This document shows positions 32,411-48,100 of a stretch of DNA of 64,000 bases, piece by piece. Within the stretch, counting starts at the first letter, position 1. Each line of letters begins with the position of its first letter. This stretch comes from Blastocystis sp. Blastoise (Eukaryota > Protista > Bigyra: Opalinata). Where the stretch lies: positions 434,001 through 498,000 of the forward strand of contig JBBPEB010000029.1 of NCBI GenBank assembly GCA_039096225.1, read 5' to 3'. Position numbers and translations under genes: made by a program. Below the pieces are notes generated by a model. It saw only the letters and a program-made list of their open reading frames with translations. It was not told the DNA's origin and did no database searches.

Positions 32411-33952
32411 ATGGTGAAAGAAAAGGTGTTATTTGATATTGATAAATTCAATAAATTGAAGGAGGATATCAATGTATATGAAGAATTGATGAAAGATGTT
32501 GTTAATGTATTTGGATCAGTAATGAATCTTGGTATACATTCTGGAATATCAATTAATAGAATTATAAAACATATTGGAGATGATTATATTGAAAATAAAT
32601 CTAAATTAGCTTGTGGTATTTCATTTTTTGATGATTTTCCTGAAGAAACTGTTGAAAATAATTATAGAAATAAGCGTAAATATCCTGATGAATGTGATGA
32701 AGATATAGATTTCATTAGATTTACGAATAATGGCCCTGTATTTCAAATATCGAAATCTGTTTTAGATACTTTGAAAGGTTCTTTTATAGATGATCAACGT
32801 GAAGAAGAAAAAAGAACGAATGATGGAACTGCATTTCTTGATTATAGAGGTAATGATATTTTTATTTACTATTTAATAGATTATTTGAATGGAAAGAAAG
32901 TAGATTTTAATTCTTTTTCTTATGAAGAACAATTAGAATTATTGAATTTATTTGAATTTTGTGGATTAGTGATTCCTATAGATTTGGTTGCTTGTAGAGA
33001 AAGAAGAGACCGAAAGATGAAGAAATATGAAGAAGGAGATGAAATAGAATTGATTATTAATGGAAATAAGAGTGATATTATTAAAGAATATTTGATAAAG
33101 AATGGATTATGGAATAATTATGTTAAGAATTATAATAATAGATTTATTGATTATAAACCTGTAGATGATAGTTTATATATGAATAAACATTATGAATATA
33201 TTGAATATATTACTCAATATATAAATAATGGATATATAGATATAGAAGAAGATAAGATAAGTGATATTAATAAAGAATTATTAGAGAAAGAAATGGTTGA
33301 ATTATTTGGTGATAAAGGAAGAGAAGCTGCTAAAGAAGCAATGATTCCAGGATGGTTCAAGCAATCAACTATTATTGATGAAGAACTTGAGAGATCATTA
33401 GTGAATTGGCTTGGTAAAGAAAAGAAATGGAAATTGTTATTTAGAGCAAGTGAACATGACTACTTAGCAAGTGAATTCCATAAGTATTGTGATAATAAAG
33501 GAGAGACAGTCACTATAATTAAGCATATAGGCCATAATAATCATATTAATATATTTGGAGGATATACAGATCAAAGTTGGGCTGGTTCAAATAGTATATT
33601 TATTTTTTATTAATTATTCAATATGATTTATATAGGTTTTAAATCTTATTCTAAAGAATTTCTATTTACATTAAGTAATGAACATGGCATTCCTCCTACT
33701 AAATATGATTATACAAATAGTGATATAAGTGCAGGTATATATTGTAGTTCTTCTTATAGTCCTGTATTTGGAGGTTGTTCTGATATAACTATATGTGATG
33801 AATGTCATAGTAATACCAATTCATTTTGTAATGCAACACGCTATGAAGAGATGAATACTCCTCAAAAAAAATCATTATTTGTGAATACTAATAATGCTAA
33901 TTCTAGAAATGATTTTACAGTAGAAGATTATGAAGTCTGGGGAAGAACTTAA
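32411..33952 (+). CDS. BTB/POZ-like + TLDc domain protein, 2 exons
   Basis: WKLLFRASEHDYLASEFHKYCDNKGETVT..IFGGYTDQSW..FLFTLSNEHGIPP..VEDYEVWG; collinear with 7657-9451. Confidence 0.9.
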
Positions 33953-34321
33953 TATATATAGTTGCATAGATATATTCACAATACTTTTTTTTTATATACA
34001 TTCATTTATATATATACTTTGTTTTATATCCATTATAATATTTGTTATATATGCTTTTTTTCTTTTATTTTTAATCATCATATTTTATATAATATAGTCT
34101 ATTAATGAATATTTAAAATCACTATTATTGAATAGTTTAGAATGAATAAAAAATTTAAAACTACAAAATAACATTTCTATACAAAAAAATATTATAAATA
34201 ATTGTATATAATATTTTTTGTAAACAACAAATATAACTACAATAAATTTCTTTACAAAACATCGATTAACAACATAATAAACCCATAAATAAACAGCATA
34301 TATATAAATATTATTTATAAT

Positions 34322-37300
34322 TTAATAATCATCATCTTGTAAACGGCATTGAATAATTTCACAATAAAATAAATGAGTATCATTATAAGATTGTAATAAT
34401 GTCACTTCTTCATTGAAATCAAATGATGCTATATATATTATAAATTATATATTAAAAAAATACAGTATAAATATATTTTGATTTTCTTCAAGAATGGAAA
34501 TGTATCCTTTACTACTAACTGTACAATATTTGTTAAAACTGAACAATTTGAGATAACTAAAAAAATAATATGTATATATTACAAACATATATATAAATCA
34601 TAATAAAAATACATATTTCTAAGTATTGAATATTCTTTGAATACTTTGAGTTTAATTGATTATATATATAGTTTTCATAGGAATGAATAGAGTTACCAAA
34701 ACAGCAAATATCTTTACACATAATAATAGAAGTAATTGGTTTATGTAAATAGAAAGAAAAGGATGGAAATGACTCAAGTAAATGAATATCAATAGTGTTA
34801 TCACCAACTATAGAATAGGAAAATCATGATGAATTCTAGTTACTATTATATATAACTTATTAATATAAATAATAATTGTAAATTGAAAAAAATGTAAAAT
34901 ATATATATAAATAGAATAATTAATTCAATTAGAATATATATACACATTAGTTTAATTGATATTTTGAACGTATTAAGATTCTGAAAAGAAGAAGAAGAAG
35001 CATTTTTGAATGAATCAATAAATGTATATATATGAGTAACATCAAACGAAATAGAACCTAAATAGTGTTTTATATAATAATAATATAGTTAATTAATTGA
35101 AATAATTAAATACATATATATATATAGTTTAGTATATAATTATTAGATTTATATAATTAAAAAACAAGAATAGCATAAATATAGATATAAAATTGATTAA
35201 TAATATTATAAGAACACTATAATACTATAGTATAAAATAGAATATAGTCTATATACAAGGACATAGAATAGATACTATTTTCAAGTTATTTAATTGTCTT
35301 TTATCAAGTTCATTAAATAGAGTAAGACTTAAACTCTCTATAGTATCATCTATATATATAAACAGTAATTATAGAATAGATATTAACAAATATCTTATAC
35401 TAAAATAAAGATATAATTCTTGTAAATTAGACCATAAAGGAAGTTGTATAGTATCCTTTGAAAATAATAAATATTTTGCTAGAATAGAATCTATATATAA
35501 ATTATAAGTAATATTTTGAATAAGAATATAAATAATATTTTTACCTGAAATATATATATATTGAATATTATTTGTAAATAATGAAAAGAATTTATAAAAA
35601 ACATCATTAATTTCCTTTATATATTGTAAATTAGGTGTTTCAAATAATGAAAAATAAGCTTGATGTTTATCTATATATATAATCAATATTCATTGTTTAT
35701 AATTTTAATATATATACCTATTGTTAATTTATTCACAGTAGTATAATTACATGTTGATAAGAATGACAAATATTCATTATAATACTCATTTATTTTTTCA
35801 TCTATAATATCAATTACTATATATATATATAAAGAAAAGAATAATAAATGATTACAGTGAATAGATATTGCTTCTAAATGATCGCAATTGATTCGTTCAT
35901 ATATATATTCCATCCTGTGTAATATAGAATAATCTGTACTATTAGCTTCTATATATATATATTAAATAATAAAGTTTTTAATATTGAATATTTTATTATA
36001 AATAGATTATTTCAATACAAAATATATTATTTTAATATAAATAATATATATAAAATAAATATATACCGACATCAATGAATTTAGAAGGATATAAGTTCAA
36101 ATCAATAAGTGAATAATCACTGAGACTTTCAGATATATCATCAACTATAAAAATAAATAATATAGAATAATTTTATATATATAACAATATACAATCAAAA
36201 TAAACCTCATAATCAATTAATAATCCCGAATATAATACTCTTTTCATTAATTCATCAAATTTATCAATTATTATATATGCTAAATATTATTATTATTATA
36301 AATACTATTCACAATTATGATCATATATATATATATATATACATTGAATAGTAATATCATGATGTTTCTTCACTTGAAAAATGGTTTCTAATGATTCTAC
36401 ATTTATAGGAAATGTATTCTTATATAAGTTTGAATGTTTTATATATATTATATCTATTAATTCTAAAAGTGAATAGGGTACTAAATATTTGGCTAATCTA
36501 GATTGAATATCGTACGGACAACAACAATAATAGTTACTAAGATCATATATAGATAACTTTGGGAAATGAGTTTTTGTAAAGAAATGAAGTAATTCGATTT
36601 GAAATTCGATATCACATTGATCTGTATGATCACCTATATATAGAAAATATATAATTATAAATATAATGTTTATATACCATTAATTTCTAGAGTTGTAACA
36701 TTATCAAAAATATGTGTGCTTATAATCTCTTGAATTAAATTTTGATATTTTGAATAGAATTTACTTTGAATATCTAAATATATATAGATTTAATATAAAC
36801 AGTATTATTATTATAACAATATATAAATATACAATTAAGAATATTAAATATATAAATATGATCAAATATTCCATTCTTTAATGCTCTTAAAAGTGGGTGC
36901 ATTTCTAGATTTATTATTTCTTTTTGTCTTGCTATATATAATAATAATAAGAAGAAATAGAATTCTATATATATACATTTTGTTTTTATTTCTTGTATTT
37001 GTTTACATATAGGCATATTAAGTATATAATTAAAGATTTCATAACATTCATCACTTAAATATCTATATACATTTATATACTTAAATTATTGTTACAAAAC
37101 AAAAAAGATTAAAAATAGAATTATAAATAATAGTGTCTATATTATTACTCTAAAATGGGATGCAAAATATCACGAACTATATATATATATTAATAAGATA
37201 TATATAGATATAATTTACTATTTTCATTATTTATATAATAGAAAATATAGCTAATTGTTTTCTTCTTCTTTTTAATATCAGCATCATTTTTCTCTAATTC

Positions 37301-38443
37301 TTTTTGTTTCTCATTATATTCACGGGAATAATCATCATCAATCTCATAATATAAATATGATTTTTCTTCTTCTTTCAAAGAGTGTATTTCATTATTTGTA
37401 TTTAAAGGTATAATTTCTTCTTTATTATCTTCTTTATTATCATCTTTATTCATAAATGAATGATTGAAAGCCATTTCTTCATGTTCATTTTTATAGTTTT
37501 CAAACGATTCAGGGTAATGTTGTGAATAATAACTACGACTATACTCATTATAATGATACTCATTATTGTCATATTCTTTAGAATCTATTTGTATAGTCTG
37601 TTTCTGAGGATAATAAGACACTATATATATATATATATATAAAATACTATATTACATATTCATACCATTTATTTTATATTGATTCATAGAAGGAAATAGC
37701 TCATGTAAATTGGAGGGATATATATATTCATAAGGAATTCTATCATCAAAATCATCTATATATATATTAATATATATTATAATATATATATACATTGTAA
37801 AATAACTGTTGTAACTTTAAAAATCTCAAATAATTTTGAATATTTTTGAAATAATAAGTTTCTTTCTTCTGTAAATATATCTATAAAAATAAAGAAATGA
37901 AAAGAATTCAACAATATACTATTAATAGTTAATTCCTTTTCTTTATCGAATTCAAATAAATCACCATAATTACTATATATATAACACATATAACATATAT
38001 ATATTACATTTCACATTCATTTTGTTCAATGATTTTTTGCATACTTAAAATCAAATAATCATATATTTTCATTTGATATTCAAGAAATGAACTAGCAAAG
38101 AAATGTTTTAATCCAGAATATATATCTAATATATCTGTAAGTGACAAAGTATCCAGAGATAATTCGTTTTCCATATATAATACAATTCTATCAATATGAA
38201 GAGTAGGAGAATCAACAAAATATGCATCTTCATCTTTCAAATAATTTGCTTTATTTAAATAGATTAATGAAAGCAATGATTCGGGATAATGATTAAGAAA
38301 TGACACTGAAATCTTAATTCTAGTCTCATCTTGAAAGATAAAATCAACTATATTATATATGCATAGTTCATATATAATAAAATAATAAGAAGAATACCTA
38401 GTTTTTCTTGATCACACTTAATTTCATTTATTATTTCTGACAT
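34322..38443 (-). CDS. Lineage-specific BTB-like / LRR-like protein, distant paralogue of 27111-30846
   Basis: FIFQDETRIKISVSFLNHYPESLL..AYFVD; YIYPPNLHELFPS; THIFDNVTTL; HFPKL; TFPFLKKI. The last exon ends QDDDY* at 34322. Confidence 0.7.
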
Positions 38444-38828
38444 ATTTTTTATATTGAATCCAATATGCTATTTTAACGAATTCTAACAAATAATTAACTG
38501 ATAAAACGTAAAAGAAAATGAATTATGCTTAATAATAATGTTGAAAAAAATAACGTGGAAAATAGATAGATATCCTGTCAAAAACAGTAATTACACAAAA
38601 AAATATTTTTTATTTTTTGTTTTTAAATTCTGAAAAACCAATGCAACACGAATTTCATATTTGTTCTGAAATTTTCTGAATCGAAAAAAGGTAATTTGTT
38701 CTTTTACGTGGTTATTCTTTAAAGTAGTTTTATCTCTACATTTAACTAGTATTAAGTATAAGTATGATTGCTTTTTGTTTTTTAGTTATTAGGATTAATT
38801 GGATAATTTGTTTTCTTTAGAGTTTACT

Positions 38829-40719
38829 ATGAACCAAGATCAATTTGCTGCCCTTATTGACTGTTTTGATCATTGTAATGCTATAGACAAGAAGATAAGG
38901 TAATTAGTATATCAAGCTATAGTTAGCTATGGGATTATAGAGATGAAGCTGAACATGCGTTAGAAGATAGCCAAGAAACAGAAGGATTTACTATAATGCT
39001 ATTAAACATCCTTGGTATAGAGACTGTTTCCAAACAAATCAGGTATGATAGTATCTGTGACTTTCATGTTTTTAATAAATTATTGAAATTTTGTTTAGAT
39101 ATCAAATCGCTATTTACTTTAAGAATTGTGTAAAGAAATTCTGGAAACAAAGCAATGTAAATATGGATAATTAAAAATAATTTTTTATAAATGCTATTTT
39201 TGTTTAATTATATATATATATAGGATCATTATACTATTCCTGAATCCGAAAAGCTTCAAATTCGTAATTCTATTATTAATGCTGTTGTTTCTTCTGATGA
39301 TTATATATCAAAATTACTTTCTGATTGTATATATATAAATAATTATTCATTAATGTTTTTTTAAATAACAATATAATTTTATTGCTATTGTTATTGTTGT
39401 ATATATATTATTAATGCTTGAAAATAATAATAGAATTTTGTTGCTATATAATTAAATATATTATATATTAGTACATTTATTTATTATATGTATACTAATT
39501 TTTTTATAGTTGCTTAATTTTGTTTATATATAAATATATTTTTAATTCTTTTTATTCTATTTTGTATATTGTTTATTATTTATCGTCATATATTTTTATA
39601 ATACATATTCATTTAAATATATAATTATATATATATATAGCAATATCTATAATAGCTGAAGAGGATTTTCCTCAACGTTGGGAATCTGTATATAGTCAGT
39701 TATTAGAGAAAGTTGACAGTGGAAATATTATTAGTCTCCGTAGAATCTTAGAATGTGCGAATAATATCATTAGACATTATTCGGGTAAAGCAGAAGTTGA
39801 TGAAGTATATATACATATTAATTAGATATGATTTATTTATTTAAATAATATCTATTTAAAAAATTATTATTATATATTAGTTATTTAATGTGTATTATAT
39901 ATATAGAATTTATACCCTGTTCGTTTATGTTTAGATCAATTTGGTATTCATTTATTTGATATTTGGAAAGCACTCAATTCTATTATTGATGACACAAGTA
40001 TATATATATATATATAATTATATAATTATTAGTATAATAATTCATTTGATTATTGTTATATATAAGTATATTTATCTATTTAAAATAATTTATTAATTAT
40101 TATAAAATATTTATAATATAATATACTATATATACTATATAGGAGATCCTTCAATGTTAGGTATATTATTAGATTGTTTATCTTATATTGCTTCTATCTA
40201 TTCTTCTCTCTGTTGGTTTGACCTTCCTGATATATTCGAAGATCAACTAGAAGAATGGATGAATGAATTTATAAAATACTTATCTAGAGACTTTGATATT
40301 ATAGGTATATATATATAGATGATGATGATTATTATTATTATTATTATTATGATTATGATTATGATTATTATTTTAATTATTATATATATATAGAAAGTGG
40401 TTATGAAGAAGGTCCAGTTGAAAGATTGAAGGCAAGTATCATTGAAATTATGTCTACGTATATATATACATATACATATATATATAATAAGTGAAATATA
40501 ATAATACCAAAGCTCAAAATACTAATAAACATAGTATTTATATATATGTATATATAGAATAGAGAGTAGAAATAACTTATTATTTCTTCCATATGCTAAG
40601 ACTATAACTGAAAAAGTCTGGAATATATTAAGTGATGCTAAATATAAAGAAGAAGATCGATATAATACTATATATAAAAATGGATTAACTTATCTTGCTT
40701 CTGTATATATATATATAAC

Positions 40720-40769
<50 letters not shown>

Positions 40770-40941
40770 TATATATATATATATATAGATGTCTAAGCTT
40801 CCTTCGAATCAGTCCTTGTTTACTGGTGAAAGTCTTCAGATTATTATACAGAATATTATTATTCCTTGTTTATTATTTACTGATGATGATATGAATAACT
40901 ATGAAGACATGCCTTATGAATATATTCAAAATGAACTAGAA

Positions 40942-40987
<46 letters not shown>

Positions 40988-42554
40988 TATATTATTTATA
41001 TATATTATATTTTTATTATATATTATTTATGTTATTTATATATTATTATTAGTATTTAAAATTACTATATATTTATATATAACATTTTTTTAATATATTA
41101 ATATATAACAAATTTTATTTATATAATCCCCTCCTAATCCCCCATAATCCCCCATAGGATGCTAACGGCAATAGTCGTAAACGAGCGTGCCATGATGTAT
41201 TATATTCTATGAGACAATTCTATAATGAACAAGTATATATATACATATATAAAATTACTTTTTTATACTTATTATTATTTCTATTATATTCATTATGCCT
41301 ATTATTATAGATATATTTATTATTTATTATTATTATATTTATTATATATAGTTAATTATGATATCCATGCAAACAATGTCTCCTTTCTTGGCGCTATCGA
41401 ATCCCTCCCAATGGCGGGAAAAAGAAGCATGCCTCTCTCTATTTATGTATATATCTTCTGGTTTCCAAACAGCTATGCAAGGCATCAAAGATTATAATAA
41501 GGATGTGAATATTAATGAATTCTTTACTTTATATATTATTCCAGAATTAGCAGTATTTATTTATTATTATTATTATTATATTTATTATTATTATTATTAC
41601 ATATATTATTATATATATATATGTATGTATATATTATTATATTTATTAATATATATATATAGAAAGCTGATGGTACTTGTCCGCCTGTGCTATTAACACG
41701 TTGCCTCTATTTATGTTTACTATATAGAAATGTATTAGATACTTCTCTTCTGAATCCTATTTTCAGCTATTTACTGAATATTCTTCAGTTCACATCTCCT
41801 TCAAATCATCTTTTGGCTGCTATTACTATCGAGAAATATCTTTCTATTAAAAATTGTATATATATATATAGAATACATGTATTTATGTATAGATACAAAT
41901 ATTTATTTATAATATATTCATTTTATTATTGTTTTTTTATCTATATATATAGTATCTATTACTATTTTTGTCTACACTATATTATTATTATTTTATCATA
42001 TATATATATATATATAGTACAGAATCGTTCACAAAGTTTCTTTTCTTCTTCTTCTTTCTCTTCTCTCTCTACTACTGTTAATACATTATGCTGCTACATA
42101 CAAGAGGGTAATGCATCCCTAATGCATCAATATTATCTACGTACTCTTACAGCTATTGTTACTATATGTAAAGAACAATTTCTTCCTCTCCTCCCCGCCA
42201 CAGTTTCTATCCTCTCCACCGCTGTCTCGGCTTCTGCCGCTATTAGTGATTCTCCTAATCCTGTATATACTCATTATTTATTTGAATGTATTGGAGCACT
42301 GATGCGTATAACTATATCTATTAATCCAACGATGTTAAATACTTTTGAAGACTATTTTATTCAACCTTTTACTAATGTATATATATATATATATCATTAT
42401 TACTATTATATTTCTATTTTTCAATGCTTATTATTATGTTTATTATATATATAGATGATTCAAGATGCAAATAATGATTGTGTGTCTTATGTTATTCAAA
42501 TATTATCATATGTATTATTATTATTATTATTATTATTATTCATATTCATATTCA

Positions 42555-42595
<41 letters not shown>

Positions 42596-43059
42596 GTATA
42601 TATATATAGATGTTTGAATTACATGGAACTACTTCAGTAAATGAACAATATGTATATTAATAATAATAATATACAATATCATATATATATATATATATAT
42701 ATATAGGCTCTTATACTTCCTGTGCTGTTAGCAGAACCCCTCTGGAATGTTAACGGCAACGTAACACCTCTAATTCGATTTATAAGAGCTTATTGTCGTT
42801 ATATGCCTTCGTTAATTACCGCGAATATTCTCTCCATTTTAACGTTATTCAGAAATTTAATTGGTAAAGCAGCCACACGATGGGATGGATTTGATTTGCT
42901 GGAAGGAATTGTGTTCTTTTTACCGTTAGATTCGTACAAACAATATTTAACAACAATTTGGCAAATTTTAATTACATTATCTCAAGTATAAATATTTAAA
43001 ATATTTATTGTTGAATACATATATAAATTATATATAAGTATTCTTTTGTTTATATTATA

Positions 43060-43145
<86 letters not shown>

Positions 43146-43546
43146 GCTTTCTATTCTTCGTGGTCGTTTTTATATTATATATATATTTGCGTTATTTTCA
43201 GCTCTTTATGGACCTGAATATGCCTCTATATTATTGAGAAATAACCACGGGGAAGAGAAATTTTTAGCTTTTCTTAAGACTGTTTCAAAAGGAATTATAT
43301 ATCCTTCTAGTCCAACGCAACATAAGATTCTTGTAGCAGGTCTTTGTCGTGTATTCTTAGAAGATCCTCAAATGAAGTCGATAACCGCGGGAGACACCGT
43401 TTGTTTCAGCCTAACAGCTCTTCTCTGTAGTATTAGCAGTTCCGTGGGAATTCAGAGTAGTCTTGATCAAGAAGAAACACAAGATGATTTTGAAGTATAT
43501 ATATATATATATGTGTAAATAATAATTAATATATTAATTATTATTA

Positions 43547-43589
<43 letters not shown>

Positions 43590-43904
43590 AAAGGCTCAAC
43601 GTTCCTTTACATCTTATCATGGATTAAAATCAATTTCTATTCCTGATTATGATCCTATTCCCGCGATTATTGACTATCAATCCTATTTTAGAGATTGTTA
43701 TAAAACATTTAATTCTGCTTATTCTGGTATATATAATAATTATTCTAAATATATACTTACTATTTACCTATATTAAATAATATATATAATGCTATATATA
43801 TACATATATATATAGAGTGTTGTTCAACATATCTTCAAGATGTATCGTTTAATTCATATAACCGTGAAAATATGGAATATATTACTAATTATAATTTAAT
43901 GTAA
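38829..43904 (+). CDS. CSE1: Exportin-2 / CSE1 (importin-alpha re-exporter), many exons
   Basis: IBN_N (AIYFKNCVKKFW; IAEEDFPQRW), SLCWFDLPDIFEDQLEEWMNEFIKYL, SRKRACHDVL, WREKEAC, PNPVYTHYLFECIG, PLWNVNGNVTPLIRFIRAY. Confidence 0.92.
43041..43141. repeat. (TA)n microsatellite of about 100 bp ending at a 3' splice AG
   Basis: Pure TA run directly upstream of the acceptor AG in a CSE1 intron. Confidence 0.95.
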
Positions 43905-45186
43905 AAAATTATAAAATCTTTTTTTTGCTATTCTACTTTTTTTCTTGGTATTTTCTTGTCTTTATCTTATGTTTTGTTATATATATATATATATTCTATA
44001 CATGAAACTTTATTACTATCAGATCATTTTTAAAGTGTTTGTATTGGTTATTTATGTTCAAAACTTGTTCCACCAATGAAAAGAGACTGACTTTAGCTAC
44101 TTGGATAATTGTGTTTTTTAACTCGAGATTTTTTTCCAAACAAGATATATTTATTCTTATCTATTTTTCTTTAAAAATCTCCTGTTTCAAGTATTTCAAT
44201 ATATAAAAAAACAACCAAACAAATATATATGTTATTAAAGATAAAACTTATGCATAATAAAACACATTATGAAGAAACGAATGAAATAAAAAGAATTAAA
44301 AGATAAAAATAAAAATAAATATAAATTTTTAATAATAATTAATTATACATTTACACTAAAATTTTATAAATATTTATTTTTGTGTTTAATAAAGAATAAC
44401 AAAAGGTTAATAGAAAAGAGAATAATAGTAAAAAAGACAAAGGATATAATATACAAGAGATATAATTAAAAATTATTTATAGAAAATTTAATGAAATAAT
44501 AGAAAATAAAATATATATACATTGAAAAGAAGACTTGGCATAATAAAAAGAAAAAATATATATAAAAGTAATGAAAAATAAAAAGTTGGTAAAAGAGAAA
44601 ATGGTAAAAATAAAAAATAATACCTAATATTTAAATTCATAATAATGAATAGAATAAAGAATATTATATAAACTACAAAAGAAATGAAAAGATGAATGTA
44701 AAAATAAAATAAAATAAATATAGAAAAAAAATTAATAAATTTTTATTCATAAAGTTGAATAAAATAAAAGAAACAGGGTAATAATATGAATTTATAAACA
44801 GAATAATAATGAAGAGAGGAAGTGAAAGAATAATAATAAAATAAATAATTATAAAGAAAAGCAAATTATTTCTACTAATAAATAGAAATTATATAATTAA
44901 TATTTACTATTAATAAAAAGAATATATATATAAATATATATATAAAATAACTAGGAAAAGGTTCAGCAATATTTACTTATATAGATAAACAATGAAAAGA
45001 GGATCAAAAGAAACAAGGAAATTATACATATATATAACATAATAAATAAATTTAAAAAAATTCACTCTTAGAAAATTACCTAAAAGATATATATAATAAA
45101 AATATAATAAAGAAAAAATATAATAAAGAAAAAAAAAATAATAAGAAAAATAAAATAAAAAAAAATATTATAGAGAATAATATTTA

Positions 45187-48100
45187 TTAACCTCTTAATC
45201 TTCTAGAATTAATTATACCATTAATAGATGAAGAAATGGATAAGGATTGTAAATAATAAAATATAGTTTCTTTATCTATATGATATAATAAATATTTCTT
45301 TTCAAAAGAGTTAATAAAATTATTTAATGTATTCTCATAGGTATCTAAAAGTTCAATAGTATATCGAAGTGTAGTAGTAGGTATATTATTAATAATAACA
45401 GTAGAATGAGAAGATAAATGTAAGTTTTTAATAGGAACAGTAGAACCCGCTAAAATACCTCTATATAAAGTAATATAACTTTCATAAGTTAAGTTATTAT
45501 GATGAATTCCTTCTAATTCTATATTTATAATAAAAGCAGGTTTTGGAATACATTTCATAATCATTATAGGTATAGATATATAATTAATACCATGTTGAAT
45601 ACAGAAATAAGAATGATAATATAAAGAAGAATCTTCAGAAGGACAATAATAAGGAGAGAATTCATTAACATTAAAATGTATAGAATCATCATTAGGTAAT
45701 GTACAAGAACTTGAAGGTGATATATATGAATGAATAGTCGATATATAAGATGGAGTTAGTTTATAAGTAGTTTTTACGAGCGATACTAAAGATTGAATAT
45801 ATCCATATTGTAATGTAGATAGACTTGTAGAATTATATAATTGCTCATTAATACCATAAAATACATGAATATAAGAATAATCTTTTAACTATAGAAGAAT
45901 AAATAAATAAATAAATAATTTATAGGTATATCAAGAATAATACATAAAAGTTAATCTATAATAAAAAATATAATAAAAAATATAACAATATATATAACAA
46001 TATAAATAATAATATAAATAATAATAATAAATAAAAGTTAATCTATAATAAAAAATATAATAATATAAATAATAAATTTATAATAATATATATAATAAAA
46101 AACTAATTTAAAATATATACAACAGTAGATTCATCATGATTTGTTGCTAACATTAAATGAAACAATTCATAAGCATATTGTTTAATAAAAACACGACTAG
46201 AAGTATATAATAAAGTAAAAGTATCAACTTCAGGGGTTATTATTTGTACTACATAATCTATATGTTGGAATACTGTTCCCATAATAGCTAACGGCTTAGG
46301 ATCTATAGAAGAATGATTATTATTCAAAAAAAAAAAATAAATAATAAATAAATAATAAATAAATAAAAAATAAATAATAAAACAAATAATAATAATAAAC
46401 ATAACATACAACACATTTCATTATTTATATTTTCGTTCCAAATACCGCCATTTCCAACAGATTCACATTTATCTCTAGAATAACCAAAATGATTATCATC
46501 CGTACAATTATCCAATCCAAATGCTCCAGGTAATGTACTGGGATATGTGAATTGACCAATAGAACGTTCAGAACAAACGGGGTCAGGTAGAATACATTCA
46601 TTATTATATATAAAATAACCTTCAGAACAAGGTTTACAATCAATATTATTACCATCTTTAGAAATAATAACACCATTTATACATATTTCGCATATATTAT
46701 CAGTATTTAAATAAGTATTTCCAGTACAATAAAGTTCATTCTTAGTACAATTACTAGTATCTATATCACCCCATATAAAATTATCTAAACATAAACGTGT
46801 TTGATTTCCTATATAACCCAAAGGACAAGAAATAGTTGCATTTTCACCTGGTTTCACTTGATACCATAGATTATCATCAGATTGACAATATTGTTGACCA
46901 ACAGTAATATATATAGAGCCAGTATATATTTCATCATTATGTTTAAATGATAATGTATATAATGTACGAGGAGAGGGAGTAGTAGGTATACCATATAATG
47001 ATTGTGTTTCAATATCAAATGATAATCCTTCAGGAAGAGATGGAGTACTAGTAACAGCAGTAGAAACAGAATCCATAGAATAATATATTAAATAAGACTC
47101 ATTTTCATTCATATAAAGATCGTCATTTCTAAAGAATATTTCATTAGGTTGTCTTTTAATACAAGTATCAGAACCTTCTATATCACCAAGTGTTGTTTCA
47201 GTACATGTACGTGTAGCATCACTATAATAACCTTTTTCACATATTCTATTAGAATTCTTACCATCATAAGCAAATGTCCATTCATTTCCATCACTACAAA
47301 AATCTTTTTTATTTACATATTGATAACTAATTTCATTCATTAAATTAAATTGTCCTGAAACCCAATTATTAGGAAGAATAGTACTATCATTAAAACATTC
47401 TGTGATACGTATACGATAACGATTATATAATTGATCATTATAAAACTTAGAATATTGATAAGATACAAGGCTAGTTGTAGAATAAGTATATATATAAGTC
47501 CATTCTTGATTATTTCTAGTATCATCATCATTATTATTATTACCTTCAATAATAAAAGAAGAAGGAGAAAATGAATTGCCATATTCTTTAGCATAAGAAT
47601 TATAAACAATTTGATTAATCATTTCTTTTCTTCTATCATTATAAGCATAAGTATAAACAGTATTAACACAAGTATGATTTACTAATACATAGGTATCATA
47701 ATCTCTATCTAAAAGAGAATTTAATGTACTTTCATTTATTATATCACCATTAACAGTAATATCTTTACTAAACATTCGAGGAACATCGGAATATAAAAGA
47801 TCAACAGATACTCTAAACTTATTGGATAACTGAGGAATAGTGTTTCCTCTATGTACTTCTATAGAAACAATATTATCTCCAAGTAAAAATACATTACTAT
47901 GAAAACCAATATTAACAGAAGTAATAAATGAAATATAATCAGTATATTCTCTTACAGCTAAAGTAGTATGTAAAATATCTATATCTTTTTCTAAATTAAT
48001 TCTTCTAACTTCTACACCATTTAAATATATAACCATACCAGCATATGTTGATGCTGTTATTTGAATACCAGCATAATTAGGATAAGCAGGATCAATACTA

